Shown: positions 1 through 9,796 of the stretch, one piece after another
How positions within the stretch are numbered: position 1 is the first letter of the stretch
Layout: each line of letters starts with the position of its first letter
Origin: an uncultured virus (IMG/VR IMGVR_UViG_3300042549_008416)
Taxonomy: Duplodnaviria; Heunggongvirae; Uroviricota; Caudoviricetes
Direction: 5' to 3' (one strand)
DNA length: 64,000 nt
Virus record (IMG/VR): IMGVR_UViG_3300042549_008416
Translations under genes and position numbers: made by a program
Notes under the pieces: model-generated
Database searches by the model: none
What the model was told of the DNA's origin: nothing
What the model saw: the letters and a program-made list of their open reading frames with translations, nothing else

Positions 1-575
1 CTGTGGTGCTGTGTGTGTGTGGTGAAACAGAGGGAGACGGGTTGATAAAAAAGAAAAAGGAAAGTCGAGTAAGTAAGTAAAAGAGAAGAGTGTAAGTAAA
101 TGAAAAAAAGGAATTGTGTGTGTAAGGAAAAAAAGGAAAGATGGAAGCCGAGTTAAAGGGAGAGGTCAAGCAAGAAGAAGCGAAGCTGGGGGAATGCAGA
201 ACAAAGCACTGAGTGAAGTGATGAGGAACGAATCAAGGAACGAAGTGCGGGGGGTGGGGTAAGAAAGAGTAGAGGGACTTTGCCCGATAGGAGTAAAAGG
301 TAAGTTAAGGAAAGAGTCAGAGCAACAGAGCAGCAGAACAGGAGGAATGCAGCAGCAGGGAGACCGCAATGTATTTGAGGAGTGAGCGAATGAACTTTGC
401 CGCCGAGAAGTAAAAAAGGCCGAATAAAGATTTTCTGGGTTTTGCTTGGTGGTTTGGTCGAAGTAAGTTATAGGTAAAATTTGTTCACCGAGTTTAAAAG
501 AAATGACGTAAGGGTCGAAGCGAATGGGGGGAATGCAACGGAGCGAAGCAAAGCGAGCGGAGAAGGGGGAAGAAG
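1..575. other. Purine-rich (G/A) non-coding region; possible genome end or origin region
   Basis: Strong G+A bias on the + strand, no credible ORF, GCGAAGC at 180-186 and 543-549, three GGAATGCA copies. Confidence 0.4.
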
Positions 576-979
576 TAATACTATAATGCCGTATAAATTC
601 GTGCGTGTTATCTTATTGAATAACAATATCTTATACAATAACACTTCAATAAAATATCAACGCTTAAATCGTCACTTAATAAAATATTGTGCTGTGGTTT
701 AAAATTATAGACCAAAATTCAATCAAAATCAACAATACGACCAAGTACCTTAAAAAGAACCTGACGCAAAATTTAATCTATAAGAATCGATTTAAATAAT
801 ATCCATAAAATCAATGCCGCCCCAAAATATGCATCTAAGACCAAAATAAGCTTAATACAGACACAATAACCATATCATACATATACCTGACCGATTTACT
901 ACTATTGGCAAAAAAAAGGGCTATTAAGACAATTTAAAAAAAAATTTGGGAATATTGATTATTCTATGAAATAATATAC

Positions 980-987
980 TAAATTTG
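980..987 (+). promoter_or_regulatory. Bacteroidota-type -7 promoter element (TAAATTTG)
   Basis: TAnnTTTG about 22 nt upstream of the first gene of the + strand gene run. Confidence 0.55.
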
Positions 988-1009
988 TTTTTATAAACGA
1001 AACACTAAA

Positions 1010-1237
1010 ATGAAACAATCTTTATCCGCACAAGAGCTTGTCGATTATTTAGACAAGAAAGCGAGCCAGTTAGCAGGCGATGTAATCCTACAACAAGTTA
1101 ATCCATTCGAAGGTATTAGTAATTTAAGTCAAGCAGATGCTTTAAATAAGATGTATGAAATAGGACAAGAGAGAGGCAAGCTTATGGGGCGACAAGAAAT
1201 TCTTCAAGATATTGCTACACTTTTAAAATCAGAATAA
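1010..1237 (+). CDS. hypothetical protein
   Basis: First ORF of a tightly packed run, A-rich leader. Confidence 0.7.
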   Translation: MKQSLSAQELVDYLDKKASQLAGDVILQQVNPFEGISNLSQADALNKMYEIGQERGKLMGRQEILQDIATLLKSE

Positions 1238-1238
1238 T

Positions 1239-1505
1239 ATGACAAAAAAGGAAAAAGATAAAAAATTAGATTGGCTAAAAAATAATGAACCTTTTAATTG
1301 GGATGACACTAAAGTAAATGATGAAGTATTATGTGCAGAATGCTTGTATTGGTTTCGTATATATGAATATGAAATAATAATTGTATCAAATGTAGAAGGG
1401 TTATGCGAAAAATCTGTTTGTCCATTTTGCAAAAAATCTGAGCCTGATAATTGGATAGATAAAGCTACATACGATATATTAAAAGAACAAGACAGAAAAA
1501 AATAA
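1239..1505 (+). CDS. hypothetical protein, possible Zn-binding (CxxC...CxxC)
   Basis: CAEC and CPFC motifs. Confidence 0.6.
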   Translation: MTKKEKDKKLDWLKNNEPFNWDDTKVNDEVLCAECLYWFRIYEYEIIIVSNVEGLCEKSVCPFCKKSEPDNWIDKATYDILKEQDRKK

Positions 1506-1651
1506 ATTAATGATAAGAAAGATATTATGCTTCTTTGGATTCCATCAAAACACCAGATATGAAAGGTTGAGAAACAAATGGGGTCAACCAACAGATAATA
1601 CCTATATGCTCATATGTAAACATTGTTCAAGAAAAAAAATAAAAAAATAAT

Positions 1652-1963
1652 ATGGAAAAAACATCAATGCAAATATTGTCTACATATATAGATGAAATGC
1701 AGGATAGGTATATAGCATTAGCTAAAGCTGATAAAAAGAACAAAGAGTTACAAACTGGAGTTGACGCTATTCTTACCGCAACTACGTTAATAAAGATTCA
1801 AATTAATAATGGCGGACTTGAAAAAGAAAAAGAGCAGATAATAGATGCTTATTATGGAAATATAGATGGAGTATTTGGCTATCGTGAAGAAGGACAAGAA
1901 TACTACAACCAAACCTATTTAGAAAAAGAAGTAGGTATTATTATTTGCCATACTAATACTTAA
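1652..1963 (+). CDS. hypothetical phage protein
   Basis: EKEQIIDAY...YYNQTY motif typical of small Bacteroidota phage proteins. Confidence 0.7.
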   Translation: MEKTSMQILSTYIDEMQDRYIALAKADKKNKELQTGVDAILTATTLIKIQINNGGLEKEKEQIIDAYYGNIDGVFGYREEGQEYYNQTYLEKEVGIIICHTNT

Positions 1964-1975
1964 AACCTATAACCT

Positions 1976-2197
1976 ATGAAACTATATACAGAAGAACAAG
2001 TAAGAAAAGCTATTAGAGTAGCAGGACAATTAGTATGGGAAGATGAAGAAATATTTGCTTCATTGCCATCAATAGAGCTACCAAGTGATGAGCAGATAAG
2101 AACAAAAGGTTGGGAGGATGCAGATATAGAAGATGATTTAGCATTTTACATTGGTGCTAAATGGATGAAAGAACAAATACTTAACCAAAACAAATAA
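1976..2197 (+). CDS. hypothetical phage protein
   Basis: MKLYTEEQV / IELPSDE / GAKWMKEQ motifs. Confidence 0.7.
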   Translation: MKLYTEEQVRKAIRVAGQLVWEDEEIFASLPSIELPSDEQIRTKGWEDADIEDDLAFYIGAKWMKEQILNQNK

Positions 2198-2200
2198 CCT

Positions 2201-2566
2201 ATGAAAGACAAAGAGTTTATCCCTTACGAACAAGCATTAGAGCTTAAAGAATTAGGTTTTTATGATGATTGTTTAGGTTATTATTATACAGACCCAAATG
2301 CAGCTTCAATACCTTTTCTATGTATATATAAGCCTTATAAAAATGAATTTTGCTTACCCGCTCCAATATACCAAGAAGCATTTAGATGGTTTAGAGAAAA
2401 TCATAAACATTATCACATACTTAACTACAACGCTGAATCGAATGTTTGGATATTAACTATTGCAAATTATGACTCACAATTAATTTCAATAGAAAAATAT
2501 AATACTTACGAAGAAGCAGAATTTGATGCTCTTAAAAAAATAATCAAAATAGTAAAAACCAAATAA
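2201..2566 (+). CDS. hypothetical phage protein
   Basis: EFIPYEQALELKELGF...AFRWFRE...TYEEAE family typical of Bacteroidota phages. Confidence 0.75.
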   Translation: MKDKEFIPYEQALELKELGFYDDCLGYYYTDPNAASIPFLCIYKPYKNEFCLPAPIYQEAFRWFRENHKHYHILNYNAESNVWILTIANYDSQLISIEKYNTYEEAEFDALKKIIKIVKTK

Positions 2567-2567
2567 T

Positions 2568-2891
2568 ATGTTCACACAAAAAATTGATGACGGAATCTGC
2601 AAAGGTTTCAAAAATGAAGAAGAATTAGATTTATTTATTAACAAAGCTTATGATGAAGAATCTGACACACATTGCTTATTGGTATATATTCCAACAATAC
2701 CAGAATTGAGTATTCACCACATTCAACAGCCGATTTCTTACGAGAGTGAAGTTGAAAGAGATAGAGTGTATACTGAGCAAATGAATGAAGATTTTGTAAA
2801 TAAATTTTACGCAGCATTAGTAAACCAAATTATAGAAAACAAAAAAAACAAAGAAAATGGCACTATTACCTCCGAGCCAATTAGCGAATGA
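2568..2891 (+). CDS. hypothetical protein
   Basis: Packed ORF. Confidence 0.7.
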   Translation: MFTQKIDDGICKGFKNEEELDLFINKAYDEESDTHCLLVYIPTIPELSIHHIQQPISYESEVERDRVYTEQMNEDFVNKFYAALVNQIIENKKNKENGTITSEPISE

Positions 2892-3105
2892 GTTACTTAA
2901 CTATTACTACGAAGAAATCAAAAAAGAGTGTATCGCAAGACCAGATGGTAATATCATCAAGCTTGCAGCTAAATTAACAATTAAGCACGCTGATGAAATG
3001 ATTCAGTTTGTTGATGACCAAATGAAAGGTTGGTTGGATTGGGATATAAAGCTACACTACGAATTAGTCAAAGAAGAATGTCAAAAATATTTAATTGAAA
3101 ATTAA
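2857..3105 (+). CDS. hypothetical protein
   Basis: Packed ORF, coupled to the next gene. Confidence 0.65.
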   Translation: MALLPPSQLANELLNYYYEEIKKECIARPDGNIIKLAAKLTIKHADEMIQFVDDQMKGWLDWDIKLHYELVKEECQKYLIEN

Positions 3106-3518
3106 TGAAAAAACTACTCTTAGCGGTATTATTTTCCGCAATAACAATTATCGGATTCTCACAAACAACATCTTATGCTTACAAGCTTGAAACTGGAGTA
3201 TGGAATACATACACAAAAAAATGGATGTGGCAAGATTTGATAGATATTGACCTAACATTCACTTTAGGAAAAACTTACATCAAAATTGATGATAAGGCAC
3301 ATACCTTTTTAAGTATAATCGAGCAGGATGGTTCTATAATTGATGATGATAAAATGCATAGTGCAAGATGGACTTGTAGTGATGAAATGAATAGAAGATG
3401 CAGTTTTAGTATGACATACTTTAAAGAAAGCGGTACAAATATTTACAACATTATGTACAATGATAAATGCTTCAGGTATTACATCAAGAAAGATAGGATT
3501 GATAATTTTAATTTATAA
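3105..3518 (+). CDS. secreted/periplasmic protein
   Basis: N-terminal signal peptide MKKLLLAVLFSAITIIGFSQ. Confidence 0.7.
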   Translation: MKKLLLAVLFSAITIIGFSQTTSYAYKLETGVWNTYTKKWMWQDLIDIDLTFTLGKTYIKIDDKAHTFLSIIEQDGSIIDDDKMHSARWTCSDEMNRRCSFSMTYFKESGTNIYNIMYNDKCFRYYIKKDRIDNFNL

Positions 3519-3520
3519 AT

Positions 3521-3781
3521 ATGAATAAGAATAATTTAAAAAATGGGTATTACATATTTGGAAACAAAGGGAATGTATGGTCAAACAATGCTCACATATT
3601 CCAAACTGGTACAAGTCTTACATTATGTGGAGTTCCTATGTTAAGCACGAATTGGGCTAAATTAGAAGATGTACAAGAAATCGGATGTGAAAAATGTTTA
3701 GCACTATATAAAGAAAAATTACAAACTCTACTTGAAATCATTAATACAGATGGAGAGCCAAATATTTTAAAAGATATATGA
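3521..3781 (+). CDS. hypothetical protein, possible metal-binding (H...C...CxxC)
   Basis: AHIF...TLCG...GCEKC. Confidence 0.65.
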   Translation: MNKNNLKNGYYIFGNKGNVWSNNAHIFQTGTSLTLCGVPMLSTNWAKLEDVQEIGCEKCLALYKEKLQTLLEIINTDGEPNILKDI

Positions 3782-3909
3782 AATTAAATTACAAATGACT
3801 TGAAGCAATTTAAGGTAGACACAGAATTACCTTCTGTCGAAAATCAATCAGATAGATAGTAATTCATTTTACTATGAAATGACAAAGAGCTAAAAAATAA
3901 AACCAGAAT

Positions 3910-4335
3910 ATGTCAGATGTAGTCTTATTAAGAACGCTATCCAGAAAATCCATAATAGGGTTTGGCAGATTTACTGATTTAACAGTACAAAATCTTTTAG
4001 ATACAAGAAAAGAAAGGGAGTTATTAAGAATCTATTATTTTTTCAGAAATATTGATTTTTTACCTGATATCAAAGAAGAACTTTGTATAACCCCAGAAAG
4101 AAGTATTAATAAAAAAATACCAGATATAGAAAGATTTCAAAGTGAATATTTTAAATATATTAATTTATGTATGAATGATATTTGGAAAATTCAAAATGAA
4201 AAGTGGGGATACAAAAGTATAGGAATACGAAAAAGGGAAAAGAAGATGGAGAAAAATATTCAAATAGCAAATGAAAATGGAAAAAATAAAACTATTTTTT
4301 CTAAAGGAGCATTAAAAAAGAAAAATCAATGGTAA
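3910..4335 (+). CDS. hypothetical protein
   Basis: 141-aa ORF in the gene run. Confidence 0.65.
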   Translation: MSDVVLLRTLSRKSIIGFGRFTDLTVQNLLDTRKERELLRIYYFFRNIDFLPDIKEELCITPERSINKKIPDIERFQSEYFKYINLCMNDIWKIQNEKWGYKSIGIRKREKKMEKNIQIANENGKNKTIFSKGALKKKNQW

Positions 4336-4733
4336 AGAATCCTACACTTTTCGTGGATATAGACGGAACTATTGTAAAGTACCGTGAGTTTGTAAATCTA
4401 TATAAAACCCAACCTGAACCGATTCAGGATGTGATTGATTTCGTAAACCAGCAATATGACGAGGGAGCTATTGTTATTATTACAACCGCAAGACCCGAAG
4501 CCTACAATCTATTTACAAAGCAAGAATTAGAGAAGGTGGGTGTGAAATACCATCGTATAATATTTAACTGCGGAAGAGGTACTCGAATCTTGTTAAATGA
4601 TAGAGATGCTAATGACCCACATACAGACAGAGCCATAGGAATCAATTTTGATAGAGATAAAGGATTCGATGATTCAAACCCATTAAAGAAGTTTAATTTA
4701 AAAAATATTGTAGAATATTATTCTAAAAAATAA
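4329..4733 (+). CDS. HAD-superfamily phosphatase (PNKP phosphatase-like)
   Basis: FVDIDGT motif I, TTAR motif II, LNDR motif. Confidence 0.8.
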   Translation: MVKNPTLFVDIDGTIVKYREFVNLYKTQPEPIQDVIDFVNQQYDEGAIVIITTARPEAYNLFTKQELEKVGVKYHRIIFNCGRGTRILLNDRDANDPHTDRAIGINFDRDKGFDDSNPLKKFNLKNIVEYYSKK

Positions 4734-4738
4734 CAAAT

Positions 4739-5239
4739 ATGAATATGGTAAATATTGATTTCATATTACCTGAATTTTCTATAATGGTAACTGAAATCTG
4801 TAAAAAAGAAAAAAGCAGGCCTCGTGTTATTTTCTCTCATAAAGCCTTCGATAACGATGAACTACAATTATTAGGTAGTGCTGTAAAGTATGCTTTATTG
4901 AAAAATGTAAGTGTATGGGTTGGGGGCAACAAACCAAATGGTAAACACTACGATTTAGATAGTGAATTATATAGTGTTAATCAGGTGGAATTAATAGGGG
5001 AAGCTATAAAGAAAAGGGTTGATAATTTTGAAAGTATTACGATATTATCACATTTCGATAGAGCTTGTGAAAATTGTGGTATAAAATTTTCAGAAAATCA
5101 TTCTCAAGATTTCGAAGATTTACATTATTCAATGGCATATCATAGACATAATGCTGGGCAATACAATATGACTGAGCATTATAAACTATATACTAATAGG
5201 GATATACAAAGAATAAATGCTGAGCATAAAAAAAATTAA
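4739..5239 (+). CDS. hypothetical protein
   Basis: Packed ORF. Confidence 0.65.
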   Translation: MNMVNIDFILPEFSIMVTEICKKEKSRPRVIFSHKAFDNDELQLLGSAVKYALLKNVSVWVGGNKPNGKHYDLDSELYSVNQVELIGEAIKKRVDNFESITILSHFDRACENCGIKFSENHSQDFEDLHYSMAYHRHNAGQYNMTEHYKLYTNRDIQRINAEHKKN

Positions 5240-5241
5240 AT

Positions 5242-6468
5242 ATGTCTAATACTATTGTAACCACTTATGGAGAATCGCAAGAAATCATAAGATATATGAA
5301 TGATTTTTGTGGTAAATGTCGTAGTCAATTATTCAAGGAATGGTATCAAAAGCACGAAGCATTTTTTGTTAGTGAAGGCGTATTAATTATGGATGATTTG
5401 ATGTATAGAATGGAAATTAATAATGATGATGGTAGAATTAGATATAAACCACTTAGATTTTGTTTAAAATTTGATATTCAAGAAAATCATAGTTCTTTTA
5501 GTATTATCAATTATTACAATCAAGATAAAATTGCTTCTTTTAGATTTATACCATCAAAAAATTCAGATTTTAAAAATATCAAAATTGTAAGAGATTTCAG
5601 TGATTTGTCTAAGTTCCAAGATTTAGGAGAGTTTTCAAATCCTATTCTATTGCGTAAAATTAAAAACTCATTAGAAGCTGAAGGTTTGAAAATTGGTTTA
5701 TCAAGACCTTCCAAGCTAAAACAATTTTATGAAAAGAGTAAGATTGAAACCAGTAAATTACTATTAGAGTATATGTGTGAACACTCTGTTGTATTGTTGT
5801 ATTCTATGATGTATTACTATACCAAACAGAAGCCTGAAAAAATAAAATATTCTTCATACTTCGGATTTCAGGAAGAATTAGAGTATACTACTAAAAAAGA
5901 GACCTATACATATAAATATACTGGGTATATAAATCTTAATGATACCAAAGTATATAGAACCAAGATTAACAATAGTTTATTCTATGACAAGAAAAAGGAA
6001 TACGAGAGGCATATTGAAAGCTGGACAGTTAGAGGTTATTATAGGAAAACAAAATCTGGAGAAAAAATTTGGGTTAAAGACCACGTTAGAGGAGAGGGGG
6101 CTCTGGAGCAAAGGGTATACGGAACTAAGCCAGAATCAGAAGTCTTGCTAATTCCGAAAGAAATAGAATGCGAAAGAGAGGTTAGGGTTTCTGTTAAAAG
6201 GAAAGAAACAACTAATCGAGATGAATTAGTGTATATGGATGAGATTCCTTTGGAAAATTACGCAAAAGCATTAAATGTATTATTTGAAGACCATAAATCA
6301 AAACAGATTCCTGATACAGAGAGTAAGCAACCAATTATATACAATCCTTTGGCGGAGTCAGTTATAGAGCGTAAAGAGCCTATCAAAAAAAGATATACAA
6401 GATGGCAAAGAATAAAAATATTATTTCACAAAATAACAAATATTATTTTAAAAAATAACAAGAAATGA
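5242..6468 (+). CDS. hypothetical phage protein with VRGxxR...W...HxRG motif
   Basis: WTVRGYYRKTKSGEKIWVKDHVRG, a motif common in phage proteins. Confidence 0.7.
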   Translation: MSNTIVTTYGESQEIIRYMNDFCGKCRSQLFKEWYQKHEAFFVSEGVLIMDDLMYRMEINNDDGRIRYKPLRFCLKFDIQENHSSFSIINYYNQDKIASFRFIPSKNSDFKNIKIVRDFSDLSKFQDLGEFSNPILLRKIKNSLEAEGLKIGLSRPSKLKQFYEKSKIETSKLLLEYMCEHSVVLLYSMMYYYTKQKPEKIKYSSYFGFQEELEYTTKKETYTYKYTGYINLNDTKVYRTKINNSLFYDKKKEYERHIESWTVRGYYRKTKSGEKIWVKDHVRGEGALEQRVYGTKPESEVLLIPKEIECEREVRVSVKRKETTNRDELVYMDEIPLENYAKALNVLFEDHKSKQIPDTESKQPIIYNPLAESVIERKEPIKKRYTRWQRIKILFHKITNIILKNNKK

Positions 6469-6740
6469 AAATAGAGAAAAAACAATTTTATGTATTAGAA
6501 AACTTCACTGGAACGGGAGTAGATGAATACGGCAATACAACACATCGTGAAAATACGTCTGTAATTTTTTGGTCAGGAGATACCGAAATGGATGAAGTAC
6601 ACGAAGATGTTATTGTTAGAGAGGCAACCTTAGAGGAGAAAGAGTACTATTGGGATTCTATCGAAGAACCTCATTCTAATGAGGACTATGCAGCAATAGA
6701 TTTAGAGGGTTTCGAAGAATGGAAACAATTAAAAAAATAA
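6465..6740 (+). CDS. hypothetical acidic protein
   Basis: ATGA overlap with the upstream gene. Confidence 0.65.
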   Translation: MKIEKKQFYVLENFTGTGVDEYGNTTHRENTSVIFWSGDTEMDEVHEDVIVREATLEEKEYYWDSIEEPHSNEDYAAIDLEGFEEWKQLKK

Positions 6741-6742
6741 TT

Positions 6743-7165
6743 ATGGGATTAAGTCCATCAGTGTGGGGGAAAGAAGCTTGGCATTTCATCCACTTAGTAG
6801 CATTAACATATCCAATAAAGCCAACTAAGAAGGACACTGAAGAGTATTCTAAATTCTTCCAATCTTTAGGTAGAGTACTTCCTTGTGAAGTGTGTGCTTA
6901 CCATTATAGTCAAAAGATTAAAGAGCACCCACCAAAGCTTGGAAGCCAAATGGAATTATTCCAGTGGACAGTAGATATTCATAATTCTGTAAATAAAGAA
7001 CACGGAAAGAAAATATATAGCTATGAGCAAGCGTTTATAGAAGTAAATAACAATTTAGATAAGAAACCTAAAAAGTATAGCAATTACTTGGTGTCAGGGG
7101 TATCACTATCGGTTTCAATAATTACTATGATTTCATTATTTGCTTATTCGATAAGAAAAAAGTAG
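6743..7165 (+). CDS. Erv1/Alr-family FAD-linked sulfhydryl oxidase with C-terminal TM anchor
   Basis: WG..W..IH, LPCEVC (CxxC), W...HN.VN...GK motifs; hydrophobic C-terminus; start placed at 6743 (track start 6719). Confidence 0.9.
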   Translation: MGLSPSVWGKEAWHFIHLVALTYPIKPTKKDTEEYSKFFQSLGRVLPCEVCAYHYSQKIKEHPPKLGSQMELFQWTVDIHNSVNKEHGKKIYSYEQAFIEVNNNLDKKPKKYSNYLVSGVSLSVSIITMISLFAYSIRKK

Positions 7166-7170
7166 ATTTG
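7139..7170 (+). promoter_or_regulatory. Bacteroidota -33/-7 promoter
   Basis: TTTG (7139-7142) N20 TAGATTTG (7163-7170). Confidence 0.7.
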
Positions 7171-7174
7171 CGTC

Positions 7175-7276
7175 AGTGTTTCGTTTTTTGCGGGTATATA
7201 TATACTTGTTACAGAATGTTTCTACATTCCCCAAAAGAATCGGATAAGGGGGGGAAGAAAAATCCCCCTTTTTTTT
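7175..7276 (+). ncRNA. candidate ~100-nt small RNA
   Basis: Lies between a consensus promoter and an intrinsic terminator; contains two short hairpins; no convincing ORF. Confidence 0.45.
7246..7276 (+). terminator. intrinsic terminator
   Basis: AAGGGGG...CCCCCTT stem followed by a T-run. Confidence 0.75.
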
Positions 7277-7305
7277 GTTATATCAGAAAACAATAATTAT
7301 CTTTG
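7274..7305 (+). promoter_or_regulatory. Bacteroidota -33/-7 promoter
   Basis: TTTG (7274-7277) N20 TATCTTTG (7298-7305) upstream of the replication operon. Confidence 0.75.
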
Positions 7306-7324
7306 GAAATATAAAGAAACACTA

Positions 7325-7648
7325 ATGATAACCCAACTATTCGATTTAACGGTATATCTAAACAATAAGCAGTATTCTATAATCAATACAGAAATGAAAA
7401 TCGATTTAGAATGGAATGTAGAATTACAGAAAACAGAAGACGCTGCTAAATTAAAATTCTTATTCAAGAGACTATTCGGAAACTTTTCAATACACGAACA
7501 AAAAGAACTATACAAGAGAGCATCATTATATACTTTCTCTACAGATGAAAAGTGGAGCTATACACAGCTAATATTCGAATCAGATAATATTTCCCCTACA
7601 AGTGCAATAATAAACTTTGACGATAAATCAGTAAAAATTAAATTTTAA
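7325..7648 (+). CDS. hypothetical protein
   Basis: ORF directly after a promoter. Confidence 0.7.
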   Translation: MITQLFDLTVYLNNKQYSIINTEMKIDLEWNVELQKTEDAAKLKFLFKRLFGNFSIHEQKELYKRASLYTFSTDEKWSYTQLIFESDNISPTSAIINFDDKSVKIKF

Positions 7649-7651
7649 AAA

Positions 7652-7897
7652 ATGGCAGAAACGAAAATTGAGCAAATCCTCAGAGAGAGGAATTTGTCTC
7701 AGGGAGACTTGGTTAGGCTTATCAAAGCTAAATCAGGATTTAAAATTGGAAGAGATAGGATTTCTAAAATATGTACTGGAAGGTTAACCAACTACACAGT
7801 AGAGACGGCTAAGATGATTTCAGAAGCCTTAGATGTTCCTATGGAATCTATTGTAGAATATGAAAATGTAAAAAAGGCAAACGGTAAAGTAATCTAA
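7652..7897 (+). CDS. XRE/Cro-C1 helix-turn-helix regulator
   Basis: LRERNLSQGDL...ISKICTG...ISEALDVP pattern. Confidence 0.85.
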   Translation: MAETKIEQILRERNLSQGDLVRLIKAKSGFKIGRDRISKICTGRLTNYTVETAKMISEALDVPMESIVEYENVKKANGKVI

Positions 7898-7898
7898 A

Positions 7899-8501
7899 TT
7901 GAGACACTTTGTTATTCCAGAATTATTCTTTAAAACTATTGCTGAAAGGGGCAAGCTGTACAGTCGTATCTGGGTTTACTGGTTGAGCGAGTTTGTGGAT
8001 GAGCTATTTGAACCAGACTTTATAGAGAAACAAGAGACAAAACTGAAGCAATACAAATTAAGTGGAGATGAAATAAGAGAAATGTACCAATGCGGTGTAC
8101 AGCTCCTTCAGCAAGACTTCAAGATAGTAGAAGAAAAGAAAAAGAAATCAGCAAAGCCTATAAGCAAAGAAAACAAAAGAATAGCGGAGCAGACTATAGA
8201 CTACCTAAATTCTAAAAGCGGAACTACATTTTCTAATAAGGGTAGCAACATAGAACTTATAGCAGGTAGAATATCAGAAGGATTCACTATTTCAGATTTC
8301 AAATGTGTTATAGATAAGAAAGTTTTAGACTGGAAAGGAACTGACTGGGAAAAATACCTACGACCAATTACATTATTTTCTAAATCAAAATTCGAAAACT
8401 ACTTAAATAGCATCAATGAACCAAATAAAAAAAGAAGTAACTTCGACCAATTCGCAAGTTCAGTCCAGAAAGCCAAGCAGCTTGCAGGATTATATAAATA
8501 G
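7899..8501 (+). CDS. phage replication initiator-like protein (Phg_2220_C-type C-terminal domain)
   Basis: IDYLN...RISEGF...DFKCVIDKK..W......YLRPITLF...KFENYLN. Confidence 0.8.
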   Translation: MRHFVIPELFFKTIAERGKLYSRIWVYWLSEFVDELFEPDFIEKQETKLKQYKLSGDEIREMYQCGVQLLQQDFKIVEEKKKKSAKPISKENKRIAEQTIDYLNSKSGTTFSNKGSNIELIAGRISEGFTISDFKCVIDKKVLDWKGTDWEKYLRPITLFSKSKFENYLNSINEPNKKRSNFDQFASSVQKAKQLAGLYK

Positions 8502-9228
8502 TGATGAAGAATATGCGATTGTTCAGAGTGTAGAAGGAAGTAAGCAGATTGCTAAAATAGAAAACAAAGAAGAAATAATTAACACTGTTGTTAAGTGGAG
8601 AATGTATATAGGTATTCCTAAGACAGATGTATCTGAAGAACTATTGCTTGTAGCATCATTTATAGCAGATAACTATGGGTTTTTAACTTTGGCAGAAATA
8701 GAGTTGGCTATAAAGCTTTCTGTATTAAGAAAGATAGAAGGAGATTTCTACGGATACTTTTCTCCTATGTATGTGGCGAAAGTTTTAGATTCTTATTTGC
8801 ATTACAGAAAGATTACTATGACTGATGCAATTAGAAGAAAAGAAAAAGCTGATATGGAAGAAAAAGAAAAGGCAAATCGACCTTCTCCAGAAAATCAAGC
8901 AGAAAATACAAGAAAGATATTTAGGGATTATTATTCTGTATGGAAAGAAACTGGGGAGATTCGTGATGTGTTCAGTATTTGTTATAATTTCTTACGAAAA
9001 CATAAGATGTTAGAAGTTTCTCAGACTATGATAAAAGAAGCTCAGGAATATGGGAAAAAGAAAGTTATGGAAGCCAAGCAAAAGAAACCTCTGACAGATA
9101 GAATCGATATGAACTATTTTGATGCAGAAGAGAAAAGTTGGGCAAGAACTTATTGTGTGCAAAAGTATTTCGAAAGTGTGGATATTGATGTCTTAGCAAA
9201 TAACATAAAACCTGAGCTTTTTGACTAA
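8416..9228 (+). CDS. putative helicase loader / replication accessory protein
   Basis: Overlaps the initiator gene; LTLAEIELA...FYGYFSP pattern; function inferred from position. Confidence 0.5.
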   Translation: MNQIKKEVTSTNSQVQSRKPSSLQDYINSDEEYAIVQSVEGSKQIAKIENKEEIINTVVKWRMYIGIPKTDVSEELLLVASFIADNYGFLTLAEIELAIKLSVLRKIEGDFYGYFSPMYVAKVLDSYLHYRKITMTDAIRRKEKADMEEKEKANRPSPENQAENTRKIFRDYYSVWKETGEIRDVFSICYNFLRKHKMLEVSQTMIKEAQEYGKKKVMEAKQKKPLTDRIDMNYFDAEEKSWARTYCVQKYFESVDIDVLANNIKPELFD

Positions 9229-9237
9229 TTTAGTACT

Positions 9238-9600
9238 ATGATATATACTGGCAGGATATTCGATATAGTGGTAATCAATGAGAAGGTAGCTCAGATAGTA
9301 TTACGCAAAAAGGACAAAGACAAGATTGTTCCAGTTGCTGTTACTATTATGGGCTATTGGAAGGATAAAGCATTGAAGGATATGAAGCTAAAGCCGAAAG
9401 ATAAAATTCGTGGGAATATATACTTAAGGTCGAATCTTTATAAGGGTAGATATTATACGGATGTTATGTTCAGGGAAATATTTCTTGTAGAACCTGCTCC
9501 AGTTAAAATGACTAATAGTCTATTCGTAGAAACAGATGAAGGACTCGTTGATTCAGAAACTGGGGAATTAATGGAAATAGAAAATAATCCAAATGAATAA
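9238..9600 (+). CDS. putative OB-fold ssDNA-binding protein
   Basis: TGRI... beta-rich core, YKGRYYTDV, acidic tail (VDSETGEL). Confidence 0.55.
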   Translation: MIYTGRIFDIVVINEKVAQIVLRKKDKDKIVPVAVTIMGYWKDKALKDMKLKPKDKIRGNIYLRSNLYKGRYYTDVMFREIFLVEPAPVKMTNSLFVETDEGLVDSETGELMEIENNPNE

Positions 9601-9796
9601 AGAAAGTATAGAAAGTATAGATAGATTCGAATGGATAAGTAAGATAATCGAAAGTTCTACTAATCAGTTCCATTTAGAAGGAGCTAAAAGATTAATAGAA
9701 TTGCTATACGAATTAGACAAAGACGAAAAACAAAAAGACGAATTAGAATTACTAAGAATACAGAAATGGAACGACATACACAGAATCCTACAATAG
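9593..9796 (+). CDS. hypothetical protein
   Basis: Packed ORF. Confidence 0.65.
   Translation: MNKESIESIDRFEWISKIIESSTNQFHLEGAKRLIELLYELDKDEKQKDELELLRIQKWNDIHRILQ

Noticed and set aside
166..702. ORFs 166-369 (-) and 481-702 (+)
   Set aside because: By-products of the low-complexity purine-rich region, with non-ATG starts and atypical composition
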